Source of the DNA: Erysipelotrichaceae bacterium UBA2227
GTDB lineage: Bacteria; Bacillota_I; Bacilli_A; Erysipelotrichales; Erysipelotrichaceae
NCBI GenBank assembly: GCA_002348095.1
Contig: DDYT01000065.1
Location: 91,526-155,525 of the forward strand
Reading direction: 5' to 3'
Length of the DNA stretch: 64,000 nucleotides
Below are positions 63,842-64,000 of this stretch, piece by piece (position 1 is the stretch's first letter; each line of letters opens with the position of its first letter). The position numbers and the translations under genes are program-made. The notes under the pieces are model-generated. The model ran no database searches and was not told where the DNA came from. It saw only the letters and a list, made by a program, of their open reading frames with translations.

Positions 63842-64000
63842 ACTAAATTTGAAAGCGATGATTCAGTCGGCCGCAAAAGGTGTGTTTGATGTGGAATTGA
63901 CGTTGGAAGATATCGTTATAGAATTGCCTAAAGACAAGGCGCATGGAGATTATGCGACCAATGTGGCGATGCGTCTGACACGAATTCTGAAGAAGAGCCC
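63828..64000 (+). CDS. argS: Arginyl-tRNA synthetase; the N-terminal fragment is present and continues beyond the window
   Basis: ATG 63828 after AAGGAGG. My translation MNQIELNLKAMIQSAAKGVF...PKDKAHGDYATNVAMRLTRILKK matches the ArgRS N-terminal domain. Confidence 0.85.
   Translation, partial: MNQIELNLKAMIQSAAKGVFDVELTLEDIVIELPKDKAHGDYATNVAMRLTRILKKS

Overview
This window covers the chromosomal replication origin of a low-GC, Firmicute-type genome. The core is rnpA-rpmH (minus strand), then a DnaA-box cluster, then dnaA-dnaN-yaaA-recF-gyrB-gyrA (plus strand) at about 15.0-24.5 kb. A second DnaA-box/AT-rich segment lies between dnaA and dnaN. Genes left of the origin are almost all on the minus strand and genes right of it mostly on the plus strand, so they are co-oriented with replication. 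Most of the content is housekeeping. It includes the aminoacyl-tRNA synthetases metG, serS, gltX and argS; the replication and repair genes holB, dnaX, recR, mfd, mutS, mutL and rarA; the tRNA-modification genes tadA, miaA, tcdA and rsmI; the one-carbon genes fhs and folD; and yidC/jag, pth, gpmI, ispF, ychF and darA. The RNA elements I can support are two T-box leaders (metG and serS) and a short, roughly 79-nt 4.5S-type SRP RNA. I found no rRNA, tRNA, CRISPR array, transposase or integrase. The least ordinary parts are as follows. (1) A tightly coupled four-gene operon at 54.1-58.8 kb encodes a multi-FeS [FeFe]-hydrogenase, a thioredoxin-like 2Fe-2S ferredoxin, a HydS-like PAS-containing sensory hydrogenase, and a PP2C/SpoIIE phosphatase with an unassigned C-terminal domain. 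(2) At 32.9-33.8 kb, a 305-aa protein inside an fhs/aldo-keto-reductase operon has an N-terminal half carrying the signature of the domain usually fused to HNH_2 nucleases, but it has no HNH. (3) At 47.8-48.8 kb, a lipoprotein behind a consensus promoter is built from two 152-aa tandem repeats with mosaic nucleotide identity and an FMN_bind-like motif. (4) At 37.5-39.1 kb, an EIIC-EIIB-like membrane protein has Ser in place of the phospho-Cys. The lineage guess (an anaerobic, Erysipelotrichia/Mollicutes-related organism) is inference from gene content only. All product calls come from motif recognition in the supplied translations, not from database searches.
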